A stretch of 64,000 nucleotides of DNA from Bdellovibrio sp. (GCA_036676395.1 JAKFCY010000002.1:576001-640000); one strand, 5' to 3'; numbered from the stretch's first letter, positions 9,545 through 19,826 are shown. Made by a program: numbers and translations. The notes: a model not told the origin generated them from the letters alone.

Positions 9545-10924
9545 GTGAACAAGTTTACTCTTATTTTTTTTAGCGTATTCGTAATCCTGGTTTTGCAAAG
9601 CTCATTCGCCTGGGCAAAGCAAAATAGTGTTACGGTATTTAATCAAAAAATAAAATCAGAAAGCCTTGTTCTAAATAAGGTCACAGAAAATTTAGCAAAA
9701 AATCTTGATTCAAAACTTTTTGCTGTTCAGGTGCAAACTGAAATTTCTCCGGTATCATTAGAAGTCCAAAAAGTTCATATCACTTTACAATTATCACAAC
9801 AGTTAACACAAAATTACCGGGCGCAATTAACTAAGTGGATTAAACAATGGGTAGAATCTACTTATGGTGTGCGTGGGGATGCTAAAGTTGAGTGGATGCC
9901 GGTTGAAACGACTCAATCAGTTTCTGTATTTTGGTTTGATTTATTTTTATTAGGTTCTTTATTAGTCACGGCTATGGGTTTATTACTTCGCGCATTTATC
10001 AAAGCGCGGCCGCCGGTGCAATTAAGTTTTGGTTTTATCGAAGGCAAACTTAATAATGAATTAGAAGTCATAATAGCCGCGACTGAAGAAGTTTTCGCAA
10101 TTCCAGCAGAACAATTAGCACTTATCGCTCAAACTGAAGAAAAAGCTATAGTGTCGTTAGTGCTTGAACCTTTAGTTTCAGTTGAGCCATTTATTGAAAC
10201 TGAAGAAGAGGCTGTCGAAATCGTTTCTCCGTTCGTATTTGTTGAACAGATCGATAATGAAAAACTTAAAAGTTTATTTTCATTTTTTGATTTATCTCAG
10301 CAAGTGGCCTTTTTTATGAAAACTCCGCGTGCTAGCGTGCAGCGTTTAACAAGCGTCTTAGATAAAAAACTTGTGATGCAAATTTTAACTGAATCAGCTT
10401 TTCTTAAAGAAGCCAGCGATGAAGATTTAATTGCAGCTATGCAGTTATGGCAAGAGAGCCAGCAAACTAAAGCCGAAGTCATCGAAGTGGTGGATGTTAA
10501 CGAAAAGTTTTTACGTCTTAAAGAAATTTGGCTAGAGCTATCAGTTAAAGACAAAGCTTTATTATTAGAAAATCTAAGTTCAGAAAACCCTGGATTAGAA
10601 GCTTTTTTCTTACAAGGCCAAGAACAAGTTAACTCGTTAAAAAATTGGTCTCCTGAAAAATTAAGAAAATTTTGCTTACAAATGAGAACTCGTGATTTAG
10701 CTGCGGCGATTACAGAACTACCGTTTTTAGCAGAGACTATTTTATCGGTGTGCCCAGAATCGATGAAAAAGGCTATCCTTTTTGAAGTCCAATCGATGGA
10801 TGCAGTAAAAACCCAAGGCCATTTTGATTCCTTTGTATTTTCGTTTGAGCGCTATATTGCAAAAGCGACAGCGCCAAAGCCAGAAGCTAATCTTTTACAG
10901 ATTAGAACCCAACTTCTGCAATAA
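9545..10924 (+). CDS. Exported/membrane protein with FliG middle- and C-terminal-like domains and a FliF-like periplasmic segment
   Basis: Signal peptide, one internal TM, then PFVFVEQID..L and LLENLSSENPGL...RDLAAAI segments that align by eye to FliG-M and FliG-C. Confidence 0.55.
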   Translation: MNKFTLIFFSVFVILVLQSSFAWAKQNSVTVFNQKIKSESLVLNKVTENLAKNLDSKLFAVQVQTEISPVSLEVQKVHITLQLSQQLTQNYRAQLTKWIKQWVESTYGVRGDAKVEWMPVETTQSVSVFWFDLFLLGSLLVTAMGLLLRAFIKARPPVQLSFGFIEGKLNNELEVIIAATEEVFAIPAEQLALIAQTEEKAIVSLVLEPLVSVEPFIETEEEAVEIVSPFVFVEQIDNEKLKSLFSFFDLSQQVAFFMKTPRASVQRLTSVLDKKLVMQILTESAFLKEASDEDLIAAMQLWQESQQTKAEVIEVVDVNEKFLRLKEIWLELSVKDKALLLENLSSENPGLEAFFLQGQEQVNSLKNWSPEKLRKFCLQMRTRDLAAAITELPFLAETILSVCPESMKKAILFEVQSMDAVKTQGHFDSFVFSFERYIAKATAPKPEANLLQIRTQLLQ

Positions 10925-11143
10925 AACCTTGTTCAAAAAATATCTAAATCTATTTAAACAACAGCTCGTGTGAGCCACGTCTTACATTGAGACACTGCCT
11001 TGCGATTTACGCTTTCGCGTCAAGTCATTGAGCATGCTAAAAAGTCTCTGCCTCAATTAGATTATCTTAAAGCAAGAAAACACCGGTCGAACATTTGCAG
11101 AACATAGCCTTAAGTCTAGACTAATAACTAAGCGAGGCCACCA

Positions 11144-11431
11144 ATGTCGAAAACAAATAATAGCAATGTTCAAGAGACAGAGCACATTCACTTTAGAAGA
11201 TGCCATATCTGTGGCACTTTTAATGAGCGCGCAAACTCGTTAGTTGATCGCTGCAGTAGTTGCAGTAAAGCGTTGGCTCCGTTTGTCTTCTTTGATGAGC
11301 AGCATGCCCTAGGGGTATCAGACGGACGTCCGTCAGAAGAGCCTTCTAAAAAATCCAGCACGATGAAAATAACCCGTCTAGCCACGCAAAGTATTTATCC
11401 ACCTATTTGGGGTCTTACAGTATATTGGTAG
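11144..11431 (+). CDS. Small zinc-ribbon protein
   Basis: CHIC...CSSC; GAGG RBS; 1 nt upstream of ilvA. Confidence 0.65.
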   Translation: MSKTNNSNVQETEHIHFRRCHICGTFNERANSLVDRCSSCSKALAPFVFFDEQHALGVSDGRPSEEPSKKSSTMKITRLATQSIYPPIWGLTVYW

Positions 11432-11432
11432 C

Positions 11433-12641
11433 ATGCGAGTTACCCTAGAAGACATCCAAAAAGCCCAAAGCACTATTGAATCACTAGTTAATTACACCCA
11501 ATGTGATTATTCAAAATCACTGACGGATATTCTTGGTTCAGAAATGTTTCTTAAATTAGAAAATACCCAAAAAACCGGAAGCTTCAAAATTCGTGGAGCT
11601 TCTAATAAAATCACAAGTTTAACGGCTGATGAAAAAAAACGCGGCGTGATTGCCTGCTCTGCCGGTAACCACGCTCAAGGTGTAGCGTTAAGCTCAAAAT
11701 TAAATAATGTAAGATCTATCATTGTTATGCCTGAGAATGCGTCTATCGCTAAAACTGAAGCTACAAGACGGTACGGTGCCGAAGTGATTTTGCATGGTTC
11801 AATGTTTGATGAAGCTAAAGAGCATGCGCTTAAGTTAGCTAAAGAGCATGGCTATGTGTTCGTGCATCCTTATGAAGACGAAAAGGTGATCGCTGGCCAA
11901 GGAACAATTGGTTTAGAAATTCTACAACAAATCCCTGACGTCGACACGGTCGTAATACCGATCGGTGGTGGCGGATTAATCGCTGGAATAGCATTGGCCA
12001 TTAAAAGCCTAAATCCAAAAATTAAAATTATCGGTGTACAAACAGAGTCGGTTAGCACGATGGCGCAAATGTTTCACACGAAAAAATTTGTTCCCTTAAC
12101 TAAACCGGTAGCGACATTGGCTGATGGTATTGCCGTAAAAACACCAAGTGAAGTTATGTTTAAGTCATTCATCGAAAAAAATGTCGATGAAGTTGTGACT
12201 GTGACCGAAGACGAAATCGCAGAAGCAATTGTGTTTTTATTAGAGCGTGCAAAAACCGTGGCCGAAGGTTCTGGGGCTGTGACTGTAGCGGCAGCTCTTT
12301 CGCATAAATTAAATTTAGGTAAAAAAACGTGTTTAGTAGTAAGTGGTGGTAATATCGATTTAAATATTGTTTCAGATGTTATCAATCGCGGCCAAATTCA
12401 GCGCGGAAGACTTTGTGAATTGTCTGTGATCGTGCCTGATGTACCTGGAAGTCTTAGCCATTTAACGCAAATCATTGCTGAGCACAAAGCTAATGTCTTA
12501 GAAGTGCATCACGATCGTATTCGTCATGGCTTAAACTTAAAAGAAACTCGCATTGAATTCGCTTTAGAGACGACTTCGCGCGAACATATCAAAAAAATCG
12601 TCGAAGCTTTAGAAAAAGCTGGAGCGAAAGTTTTAGTTTAA
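11433..12641 (+). CDS. ilvA: Threonine ammonia-lyase with a single C-terminal ACT domain
   Basis: KLENTQKTGSFKIRGA PLP lysine, SAGNHAQG, GGGGL, SGGNID, C-terminal ACT (DVPGSL). Confidence 0.9.
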   Translation: MRVTLEDIQKAQSTIESLVNYTQCDYSKSLTDILGSEMFLKLENTQKTGSFKIRGASNKITSLTADEKKRGVIACSAGNHAQGVALSSKLNNVRSIIVMPENASIAKTEATRRYGAEVILHGSMFDEAKEHALKLAKEHGYVFVHPYEDEKVIAGQGTIGLEILQQIPDVDTVVIPIGGGGLIAGIALAIKSLNPKIKIIGVQTESVSTMAQMFHTKKFVPLTKPVATLADGIAVKTPSEVMFKSFIEKNVDEVVTVTEDEIAEAIVFLLERAKTVAEGSGAVTVAAALSHKLNLGKKTCLVVSGGNIDLNIVSDVINRGQIQRGRLCELSVIVPDVPGSLSHLTQIIAEHKANVLEVHHDRIRHGLNLKETRIEFALETTSREHIKKIVEALEKAGAKVLV

Positions 12642-13888
12642 AGCTTCCAATGAATTGATAACTGGTCGTTTTCTTTTAATTGATGACGGCCAGACTTAAT
12701 TGATTTCTGATTGATCTTAATGAAACGTTTATTGTGATCAAATTCTGAATATAAATAAAAAGTATCTAAAGTAAGTCCAGCACCTTTAACAACGTATTCA
12801 CCGTGATAGCTGTTTTCTTTCATGGCCATTGTCGTGGGCTTAAAAAACTGAGTTAAATCTTCTAAAGCAAAACTTTCATCTAATAAAAAGCCAGCACGCA
12901 CATTTGAATCAGCGATAAAGTTCAGTTGTGCTTCAGATTTTAAAGCAAATTTTTCACTTTTTTTATTGCTGCTGAGTTGCACCAATAGATGTTTTAACAT
13001 CTGGCGAATAACGCCTTGTAATTCAAAGTTGTGTTCGCCGGTTGTGTGGGCTTTTGAAACCACAGATTTTGGCGGCATCATCAGCTTAATTTGATTTAAA
13101 ATCGGCTGAGATAAAAATTGATGTAATTTATAATGGTAAACGAATTCTTGAATCATCGCACTTTCGATCACATGCGACGCCGCACACATTTTTTCTGCGA
13201 ACTGCGTGTTTGAAAAATCAATCGTGATTGTGCGTGAATTTTGTTTTTCTTCGATACCTAAACCCATTTTAATCAGTTTATCATGGTATTTAAGACTAAG
13301 ATCAGCTTGGCCCTGCGCACGCAAATCAAATTGGCGTTCGAATTCGTCTTTACAAGTTTTAAACCAAATCTGCTGAAAATCAGGTTCACTTAAAAAATCG
13401 AGATAAGGTGTTGCGCGAAAGCAGCTTGTGTAATGTTCGATTTGTTCGTCAAAAAACTGGGCCATCACTGCTTTTTGCGGATGCGGATCGATCATCGCTG
13501 ACCACAACATTGAATTTTTCTTATGCGCTTCAACTAACGGAGACAATGGAATTTTAAATTGAATTTGGCTGATATCATCACTCCAAATCAAAAATAAGTT
13601 TTCAGTTAAAGCCGAAATAAAAAATACTTTAGAATAGCTGTAGCCACCATTTTCAGGATCGTTAGTGATAAAAATATCACCGGGATTAAGCTTTAAATAC
13701 TTTTTAACGATTTGGTAGCTGACAAGCCGGCTAGTGGTTGTCGAGCATAATTCAGAATCACGCGAAAACATCAATTCGCCATTAAGGTTCACCAGAGATG
13801 CATTTTTGAAGTGATTCAAAAAACTTTGAAAGTAGTGATAATCCAAGTGGCCGTATGAAGCTAATTGTAAACTTTTATTATCAAACAT
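12638..13888 (-). CDS. Degenerate hydantoinase B / oxoprolinase beta-like protein
   Basis: LNPGDIFITNDPENGG matches the HyuB PGD.i.NDPy.GG signature; later ITIDFSNT. Confidence 0.6.
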   Translation of the reverse strand: MFDNKSLQLASYGHLDYHYFQSFLNHFKNASLVNLNGELMFSRDSELCSTTTSRLVSYQIVKKYLKLNPGDIFITNDPENGGYSYSKVFFISALTENLFLIWSDDISQIQFKIPLSPLVEAHKKNSMLWSAMIDPHPQKAVMAQFFDEQIEHYTSCFRATPYLDFLSEPDFQQIWFKTCKDEFERQFDLRAQGQADLSLKYHDKLIKMGLGIEEKQNSRTITIDFSNTQFAEKMCAASHVIESAMIQEFVYHYKLHQFLSQPILNQIKLMMPPKSVVSKAHTTGEHNFELQGVIRQMLKHLLVQLSSNKKSEKFALKSEAQLNFIADSNVRAGFLLDESFALEDLTQFFKPTTMAMKENSYHGEYVVKGAGLTLDTFYLYSEFDHNKRFIKINQKSIKSGRHQLKENDQLSIHWKL

Positions 13889-15151
13889 CTAAATTCTCTT
13901 AAAAATTTCTGCAGTCCAAGAAAAAGGGCTAACGGCGTTATCAAGTTTTTTAAATAAAATATTTAAATGGCCTGTCCACTCAAGTTTTTCTTCTTTCACT
14001 TTGTGTAAAAGAATATCGTAGCCCAGTTTGTTGACGATAAAATCCTGAATGATCTTTAAATCAAAAGGCTCTTCATAATGGGCCTGGCCTTTTTCAAGAA
14101 CTTTAAATTGCGATTCAATTTTACTGCACAAAGTGTTTTCGGCCAATTTCGGAAAAAGCTGAACTAAGTTTTCTTCTTTAGAAATCGTTTTATAAAAGGC
14201 ATCCACAACTAAAGTTTTAACAGAGCGACCTGCTAACATTGGACCTGGCTCAATCGCTGCCGGAACTTTTGAAAACACTAAATGCCCTGATGAATGAATT
14301 TTAACTTCAGAAAACGGGTGAATACCGATCGCTTCAGATTCGATATGATCGTAATTCACATTCCCCCAGGGGCTTTTCCAAACGGGTGATGTTTTATCTT
14401 TCATCACGATCCAGCGTTCAAGATCTGTGTGAATCAGTAAATCTTTTTTATTTTTCTTAAAAGAGTGGTGTAAAAATTGATCGGCACTAAAATACAGATC
14501 AATATTTTCAAAATCTTTTTGAAATTGATTTTTAACCCAGAAATGAATTTCAGGCTCACCCAGGCAAGCTTTGATTTCACTGACGATTTCTTCTTTAGTG
14601 CCCTCAGAGCCTGCATTAATCAAAGTTCTGCGTAATGAATTTAAATTATCAGGTTCAGGGTTTTTAAATACAGAAAATTTATTTTCAATAAAGAAATTTT
14701 CAATCGAAGTTAATTGCTCTTCAGAAAATTGGCTTAAACTAATTACGACTTTGTTGGCTTCGGCATTAATTTTTTTAACTCGCTCTAACTCGGTTTTTAA
14801 ATGCTCAAGCGTAAACGCTTTATTCAGCGGAATAATTAAAGCCGCTGCAGCTAACGATAAGCAGGTTGAATCTTCGAAAGTGTAATTGTTTTCTTGGTGT
14901 TCATTTAAAACCTGAATAACACTGCCACCTAGGCGAAATGATTTTAGACGGTCTAAATATTTTGTAACAATGTAAACCGATGAAATCGTGTGTTCAGCGG
15001 TTAAAGGCTTAATGTGCTGGTTTAAAATGGACTTCAATGATGTCTGCGGTAAGAAGAATGTTTTTTTCAACAAAATACTATTAGAGCCACTGCGGGCTTC
15101 GATTTCCGCGTAGGATTCTCCTAAATAAATTGCAAGTGAAGCATTGGACAT
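13889..15151 (-). CDS. Degenerate hydantoinase A / oxoprolinase alpha-like protein
   Basis: RTLINA and AIEPGPMLAGR resemble HyuA motifs; abuts the HyuB-like gene; ATG at 15151 preferred over 15193. Confidence 0.5.
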   Translation of the reverse strand: MSNASLAIYLGESYAEIEARSGSNSILLKKTFFLPQTSLKSILNQHIKPLTAEHTISSVYIVTKYLDRLKSFRLGGSVIQVLNEHQENNYTFEDSTCLSLAAAALIIPLNKAFTLEHLKTELERVKKINAEANKVVISLSQFSEEQLTSIENFFIENKFSVFKNPEPDNLNSLRRTLINAGSEGTKEEIVSEIKACLGEPEIHFWVKNQFQKDFENIDLYFSADQFLHHSFKKNKKDLLIHTDLERWIVMKDKTSPVWKSPWGNVNYDHIESEAIGIHPFSEVKIHSSGHLVFSKVPAAIEPGPMLAGRSVKTLVVDAFYKTISKEENLVQLFPKLAENTLCSKIESQFKVLEKGQAHYEEPFDLKIIQDFIVNKLGYDILLHKVKEEKLEWTGHLNILFKKLDNAVSPFSWTAEIFKRI

Positions 15152-15198
15152 ATTAAGTTGGTCTATGTTAGAGATAGTTACATTAAGGGTCAATAACT

Positions 15199-16317
15199 AT
15201 GAAAGTATCTGCAGAAATTTTAAGTCTAGTGCCGTACAAACCAGGTAAACCCATCAGCGAAGTTCAGCGCGAATATGGTTTAACTGAAGTTCATAAATTG
15301 GCCAGCAACGAAAACCCGTTGGGTCCAAGTCCTAAAGCAGTACAGGCGATTCAAAAAGCCCTAACTGAGCAGCATCGTTATCCAGATCCTTCTTGTTATG
15401 AATTGGTCCAAAAAATCTCAAAAAATTGGAACGTTCCTGCCACTCAAGTGGGAATCGGCAACGGTTCAAACGAGATCATTGATCTTTTAATTCGTATTTT
15501 TTGCGAACCAGGTGATTCAATATTAACAACTGAAGCCGCTTTCGTGGCTTATAAAGTGTGTGCACAGGCAGCACGTGTGAAAGTCAGAACTGTTCCTTTA
15601 CGTCCTGATTTATCGATGGATTTAAAGGCTATGGCCGATGATTTTTATCGCAATCCAGCTTCAAAAACTCAATTGATTTTTATTCCTAATCCAAACAACC
15701 CAACGGGAACATCAGTGGGTGGCGCAGAGATGGACGAGTTTTTAACCCGCCTTGGAAACCGTGATGACGTGTTGTTAATTTTTGATGAAGCCTACACTGA
15801 ATATGTGCGTGATCCGCAATTTAAAGCAGCTGCAAATTTCTACCAAAAATATACAAACGTAATTGTGATTAAAACCTTTTCTAAAGTTTACGGTTTAGCA
15901 GGGTTGCGCTTAGGCGCAATGCTTGCACCAGAATTTGTTTTAGAGCTTTATAATCGCGTAAGAAATCCATTTAACGTGAATGAATTAGCACAAGTGGCGG
16001 GTATTGCAGCACTTGATGATATTGAGTATATGCAAGCTTCACAAAAATCAGTGTGGGATGGTTTAGATTATTTTTATAAAGAACTAACCAGACTAAAACT
16101 TCCGTTCTTTAAATCAGAGGCGAATTTTGTGTTATTCGACACGCTTCGATCTGCTGATGTTTGCTTTAAAAACCTTCTGCAAAAAGGCATTATTTTACGC
16201 CCGGTGGGTAACTACGGTTTTCCGACCTATTTACGCATGACCGTTGGGCAAAAAGAAGAAAATCAAAAAGCCATAGCTGCAATCGAACAGATGTTAACTG
16301 AAGTTCCCAAGCTATAG
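15199..16317 (+). CDS. hisC: Histidinol-phosphate aminotransferase
   Basis: KLASNENP, NPNNPTG, DEAY, KTFSKVYGLAGLRLG. Confidence 0.92.
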   Translation: MKVSAEILSLVPYKPGKPISEVQREYGLTEVHKLASNENPLGPSPKAVQAIQKALTEQHRYPDPSCYELVQKISKNWNVPATQVGIGNGSNEIIDLLIRIFCEPGDSILTTEAAFVAYKVCAQAARVKVRTVPLRPDLSMDLKAMADDFYRNPASKTQLIFIPNPNNPTGTSVGGAEMDEFLTRLGNRDDVLLIFDEAYTEYVRDPQFKAAANFYQKYTNVIVIKTFSKVYGLAGLRLGAMLAPEFVLELYNRVRNPFNVNELAQVAGIAALDDIEYMQASQKSVWDGLDYFYKELTRLKLPFFKSEANFVLFDTLRSADVCFKNLLQKGIILRPVGNYGFPTYLRMTVGQKEENQKAIAAIEQMLTEVPKL

Positions 16318-16399
16318 TTTTTACCGTCTATAATCCTGACAGTGTTTAACCTAATGAAACTCTAGTAATATCCCCTGATTGTAAAATTAAGGGGATATA

Positions 16400-19090
16400 A
16401 TGACGTTATTAAAGCGCCTGTCTTTAGTGATAATTGTTGGATTTGCGATATCTGCGTGTGCGCCTAAAGACGAAAAAACGACTATAGTTAAAGAACGTCA
16501 GGCTTCAGAAAACCTAGCTGAATCCATGCAGTTAACGGCTACAGATGAATCAACGTTAGTTCTTCAGAAAAGCGCTTTAGGAAAAGCCTTTTTAATGACC
16601 CCGTCGCTGGTATTATCAAAACGCACACCTGATTTTAATGATTTTAAACCGCAAATTATTTCTTTTGAACGCTCAGCCAGCCGTTTGGGAATGTTTCGTT
16701 TAAGTTCAAATAATCTTTACAGCTCTATTCCTACCGATAAATTACTTCAGACTTTTCGCATCGTTAAAGAAACGTCTGAGACATTAACAATTGATATTAG
16801 CGCAGGTTTTAGAAATTTAAGTTTCGAAGAGCATTTAAGCATCGTTGAAAGCGATACGCTTGAAATGCAGCAAACTGTCGGAGCGGGAGGGTTCGAAGTC
16901 ACCGCTGATATTAAAGAGGCTTTAATTCGCAAATCAGAAATGACTGATAATACGATGTATATCGAACAAGCTGTGCGTTTTGGAAGTTTACCGATCGTGA
17001 AATCTGAAGAAGAAGAAGCGCAGGCTTCGCAAGCGTTCAGTCCATTTAAAGTGGCTTTGACAGCAAAAGTGATTATTGAAATTAAGCCCTACGTAATGAA
17101 TCAACAATTTAAGTCGCAACTTTTTGATAAAGCTCAACGTGTGGGATTTTTCATAAATTTTGCAACGCTTGCAGAGCAAGAAGAAGTTCTGCCGCAAATC
17201 GTAAAATGGGACATCTCAGAAAAACGTGCTCCGATTGTTGTAGCTCTTGAAGAAAATATTCCGCCTGAAATTTCTGAGGCTGTCGCTGAAGGAGTTACTT
17301 ATTGGAATAAGGTTATCGGGCGCGAAGTTTTAACAATTCGCAAAGGTTTTAAAGCTACAGATCGCGTGAATGATCGCATGATCATTATTCGTTGGGTACA
17401 GTGGGATTCTGCGGGCTTTGCTTACGCGTCTATGCAGGCAGATCCTATGACCGGCGAGATTTTACGCGCTCAGGTTTTTATGACTTCTTCGTGGCTTAAG
17501 ATGCAACAAGAAGCTCTTGCTGTTCCAATTGCGGGTAAGGCTGCAAAAAATAAAACTGGTTTGTGCGTGCTGGAGCAAAGCCAAATGCAGGCAGCGCAAA
17601 TGCTGACGAATTTATCAAACACGCATAAATTAAAATTCACTCAAGATACAATCAGAATGGTTGTGGCCCATGAAATGGGCCATGTGATGGGGCTTCGTCA
17701 TAATTTTGCCGGATCGTTTAACCATGAAGGCAGTGATGAAGAGCTTTTAAAAGCGCAGACAGATTATTTAGCCAATGAAAATCACCCGGGTTTTCCATTT
17801 TCATCTACGGTTATGGATTACGAGCGCGGTATGCATACAGCCTTATTAGGAGCGCAGATTAAACATTCGGTGTTACCTTATGATGCTGCAGCGATCGGTT
17901 GGGGTTATAAAGATCAAAAAATCGAACTTGCAAAAAACACTTATTGCTCTGATGAACACATTGCTATCGCCAACCAAAATAATGCGGTCGTGTATGGTTG
18001 TGAAAGATTTGATGCGCTAAAAAATCCTACGCTGGGCGCACAGCAGTCTGTTCAGTCAGATCTTGAGAATGTGGTCAGTAAGAAGTTTCGCGAGTTATTG
18101 TCTATTCAAAATGACAACGACCCTTACAAAAAAACACAATCGGTTGAAGAGTCGATAGCTCTTTCAGTGCCTGCAGATCTAGGCGAGTTAGAAAATATTT
18201 TATTTGCGCCAAAAGATGAAACGACAGTAATTTCGATAGATACAGCTATTTCTTCATTTCAATCTAGTTATTCAATGAAGGGTGATTTGCAATCTGAGTT
18301 TTCTATCGAAAGTAAAATGTTTGACGATTTAAAATTAGTTGGCGGCCTAACAGGTTTAATTTCAAATACGTTAAAATTATCAAGTCTATCAAATGGCGCA
18401 TTACAGATTTTTCAAAATCAAGTCACAGATTTTTTTGCAAAATTAGATCCGCTTCAATCGGGCTTCGAGCCAAATATGCTGATCACGATTTCAAGTAAAA
18501 TGTTAGAGTCTGCTAAAAAAGAAGATGAAAAACTTCTATCAGCTTTAATGGTAAAATTTATTCCAGTGTATAAAGGGAGTTATAACTTCAAAACAATTGA
18601 AGAGTATAAAGATTCACAAAAAAATCCAGATAAATATCCAGCTCCGATTATGCGTTACCGCAGTAACATAAAATTAGGCGATGCCAAATTATTAATGAGC
18701 TTATTCAAAGAGGCTGTTCTTTCTGGAAAAGACGCTGCTAAAAAAGTAACTGTGAATGGCCAAGAATTAGAAATTCAATTGTTAGGCTATTCTAATTATA
18801 ACCGTGACACTTTAATCAAAGCTTTCGTTTTAGAAAATTGGTCTACTGGATTACAAGGTGAAATTAGAACTCCACTTGTTGAACAGACGCAGCTGTTAAA
18901 AGAAGCGCTTGCGGCAAATACTTTAGCTGTTTTAAAGGCTTTGGGAAAACCAGTGCCTGCATTAACTAGTGCAGAACTTATTAAAGCTGTTAAAGAAATC
19001 ACTTACTCGCAAATGACGGGAATTTACGCTTTTGAATTAGAACGTGAATTAGCAGTGCTTGAAAAACTGGAAAACGCTAAGCCCGAGTAG
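16400..19090 (+). CDS. Large zinc metalloprotease lipoprotein (metzincin, DUF4953/EcxA-like)
   Basis: Lipobox ISAC; DPMTGEILRA; HEMGHVMGLRHN; Met-turn STVMDY. Confidence 0.85.
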   Translation: MTLLKRLSLVIIVGFAISACAPKDEKTTIVKERQASENLAESMQLTATDESTLVLQKSALGKAFLMTPSLVLSKRTPDFNDFKPQIISFERSASRLGMFRLSSNNLYSSIPTDKLLQTFRIVKETSETLTIDISAGFRNLSFEEHLSIVESDTLEMQQTVGAGGFEVTADIKEALIRKSEMTDNTMYIEQAVRFGSLPIVKSEEEEAQASQAFSPFKVALTAKVIIEIKPYVMNQQFKSQLFDKAQRVGFFINFATLAEQEEVLPQIVKWDISEKRAPIVVALEENIPPEISEAVAEGVTYWNKVIGREVLTIRKGFKATDRVNDRMIIIRWVQWDSAGFAYASMQADPMTGEILRAQVFMTSSWLKMQQEALAVPIAGKAAKNKTGLCVLEQSQMQAAQMLTNLSNTHKLKFTQDTIRMVVAHEMGHVMGLRHNFAGSFNHEGSDEELLKAQTDYLANENHPGFPFSSTVMDYERGMHTALLGAQIKHSVLPYDAAAIGWGYKDQKIELAKNTYCSDEHIAIANQNNAVVYGCERFDALKNPTLGAQQSVQSDLENVVSKKFRELLSIQNDNDPYKKTQSVEESIALSVPADLGELENILFAPKDETTVISIDTAISSFQSSYSMKGDLQSEFSIESKMFDDLKLVGGLTGLISNTLKLSSLSNGALQIFQNQVTDFFAKLDPLQSGFEPNMLITISSKMLESAKKEDEKLLSALMVKFIPVYKGSYNFKTIEEYKDSQKNPDKYPAPIMRYRSNIKLGDAKLLMSLFKEAVLSGKDAAKKVTVNGQELEIQLLGYSNYNRDTLIKAFVLENWSTGLQGEIRTPLVEQTQLLKEALAANTLAVLKALGKPVPALTSAELIKAVKEITYSQMTGIYAFELERELAVLEKLENAKPE

Positions 19091-19135
19091 TTAATTGTTT
19101 ACAATATTCCGGCCGTTAAGGTAGGTTACCTTCCC

Positions 19136-19795
19136 ATGGGTTATGTGATCACAATCGATGGGCCAGCGGCTTCGGGCAAATCTTCGCTCAGTCGTGAACT
19201 CTCAAAAAAATTAGGCTGTCCGTGGGTTTCGACCGGTGCGTTCTACCGTGGCTTAGGCTATGCGGCGCTGCAGCTTAAAACTGATCTTGCTGACCCAGTG
19301 GCTTTATCAGAACTTTGTAACTCAAATATCTGGGAAGTCCGCTTAGCTTATGAGCGCACTCAAGTTTACTTTAATAATGAAAATGTAACTGACCAAATAG
19401 CTCAAGAAGCGGTTGGTAATGTGGCCAGTAAAATCAGCCATTATCCAGAAGTGCGCCAATCACTTTTGGATCATCAACGCAATTGCGCCCTTATCAATGA
19501 CGGTTTAATTGCCGAAGGCCGCGACTGTGGCACTGTGGTATTTCCGCATGCCGAAGTTAAGCTTTATGTGACGGCAGACTCTGAAAACCGCGCCCAGAGA
19601 AGAGCACAAGAGTTAGGCATGGACGAGAAAACCCTCGTTCAGCAGCAACAGATTCGCGATAAACAGGATTCGACTCGTAAAATAGCTCCCTTATCGGTGC
19701 CGGCAGATGCCCTTGTGATCGACACGACAGCGATGGATTTAGACGCTGTTGTGGCCTATGCTGAAAAGCATATTCGCTCGAAAATCCCTCTCTAA
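19136..19795 (+). CDS. cmk: Cytidylate kinase
   Basis: IDGPAASGKS, TGAFYR, EGRDCGTVVFP; upstream of rpsA. Confidence 0.95.
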   Translation: MGYVITIDGPAASGKSSLSRELSKKLGCPWVSTGAFYRGLGYAALQLKTDLADPVALSELCNSNIWEVRLAYERTQVYFNNENVTDQIAQEAVGNVASKISHYPEVRQSLLDHQRNCALINDGLIAEGRDCGTVVFPHAEVKLYVTADSENRAQRRAQELGMDEKTLVQQQQIRDKQDSTRKIAPLSVPADALVIDTTAMDLDAVVAYAEKHIRSKIPL

Positions 19796-19826
19796 AAACC
19801 GTCCCCAGACGTCCCAAAATTCTCCA

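Noticed and set aside
10925..11143. Riboswitch or ncRNA upstream of the zinc-ribbon gene and ilvA
   Set aside because: Only short hairpins; no recognisable aptamer, T-box or terminator; a sigma28-like TAAAG...GTCGAACA has off-consensus spacing
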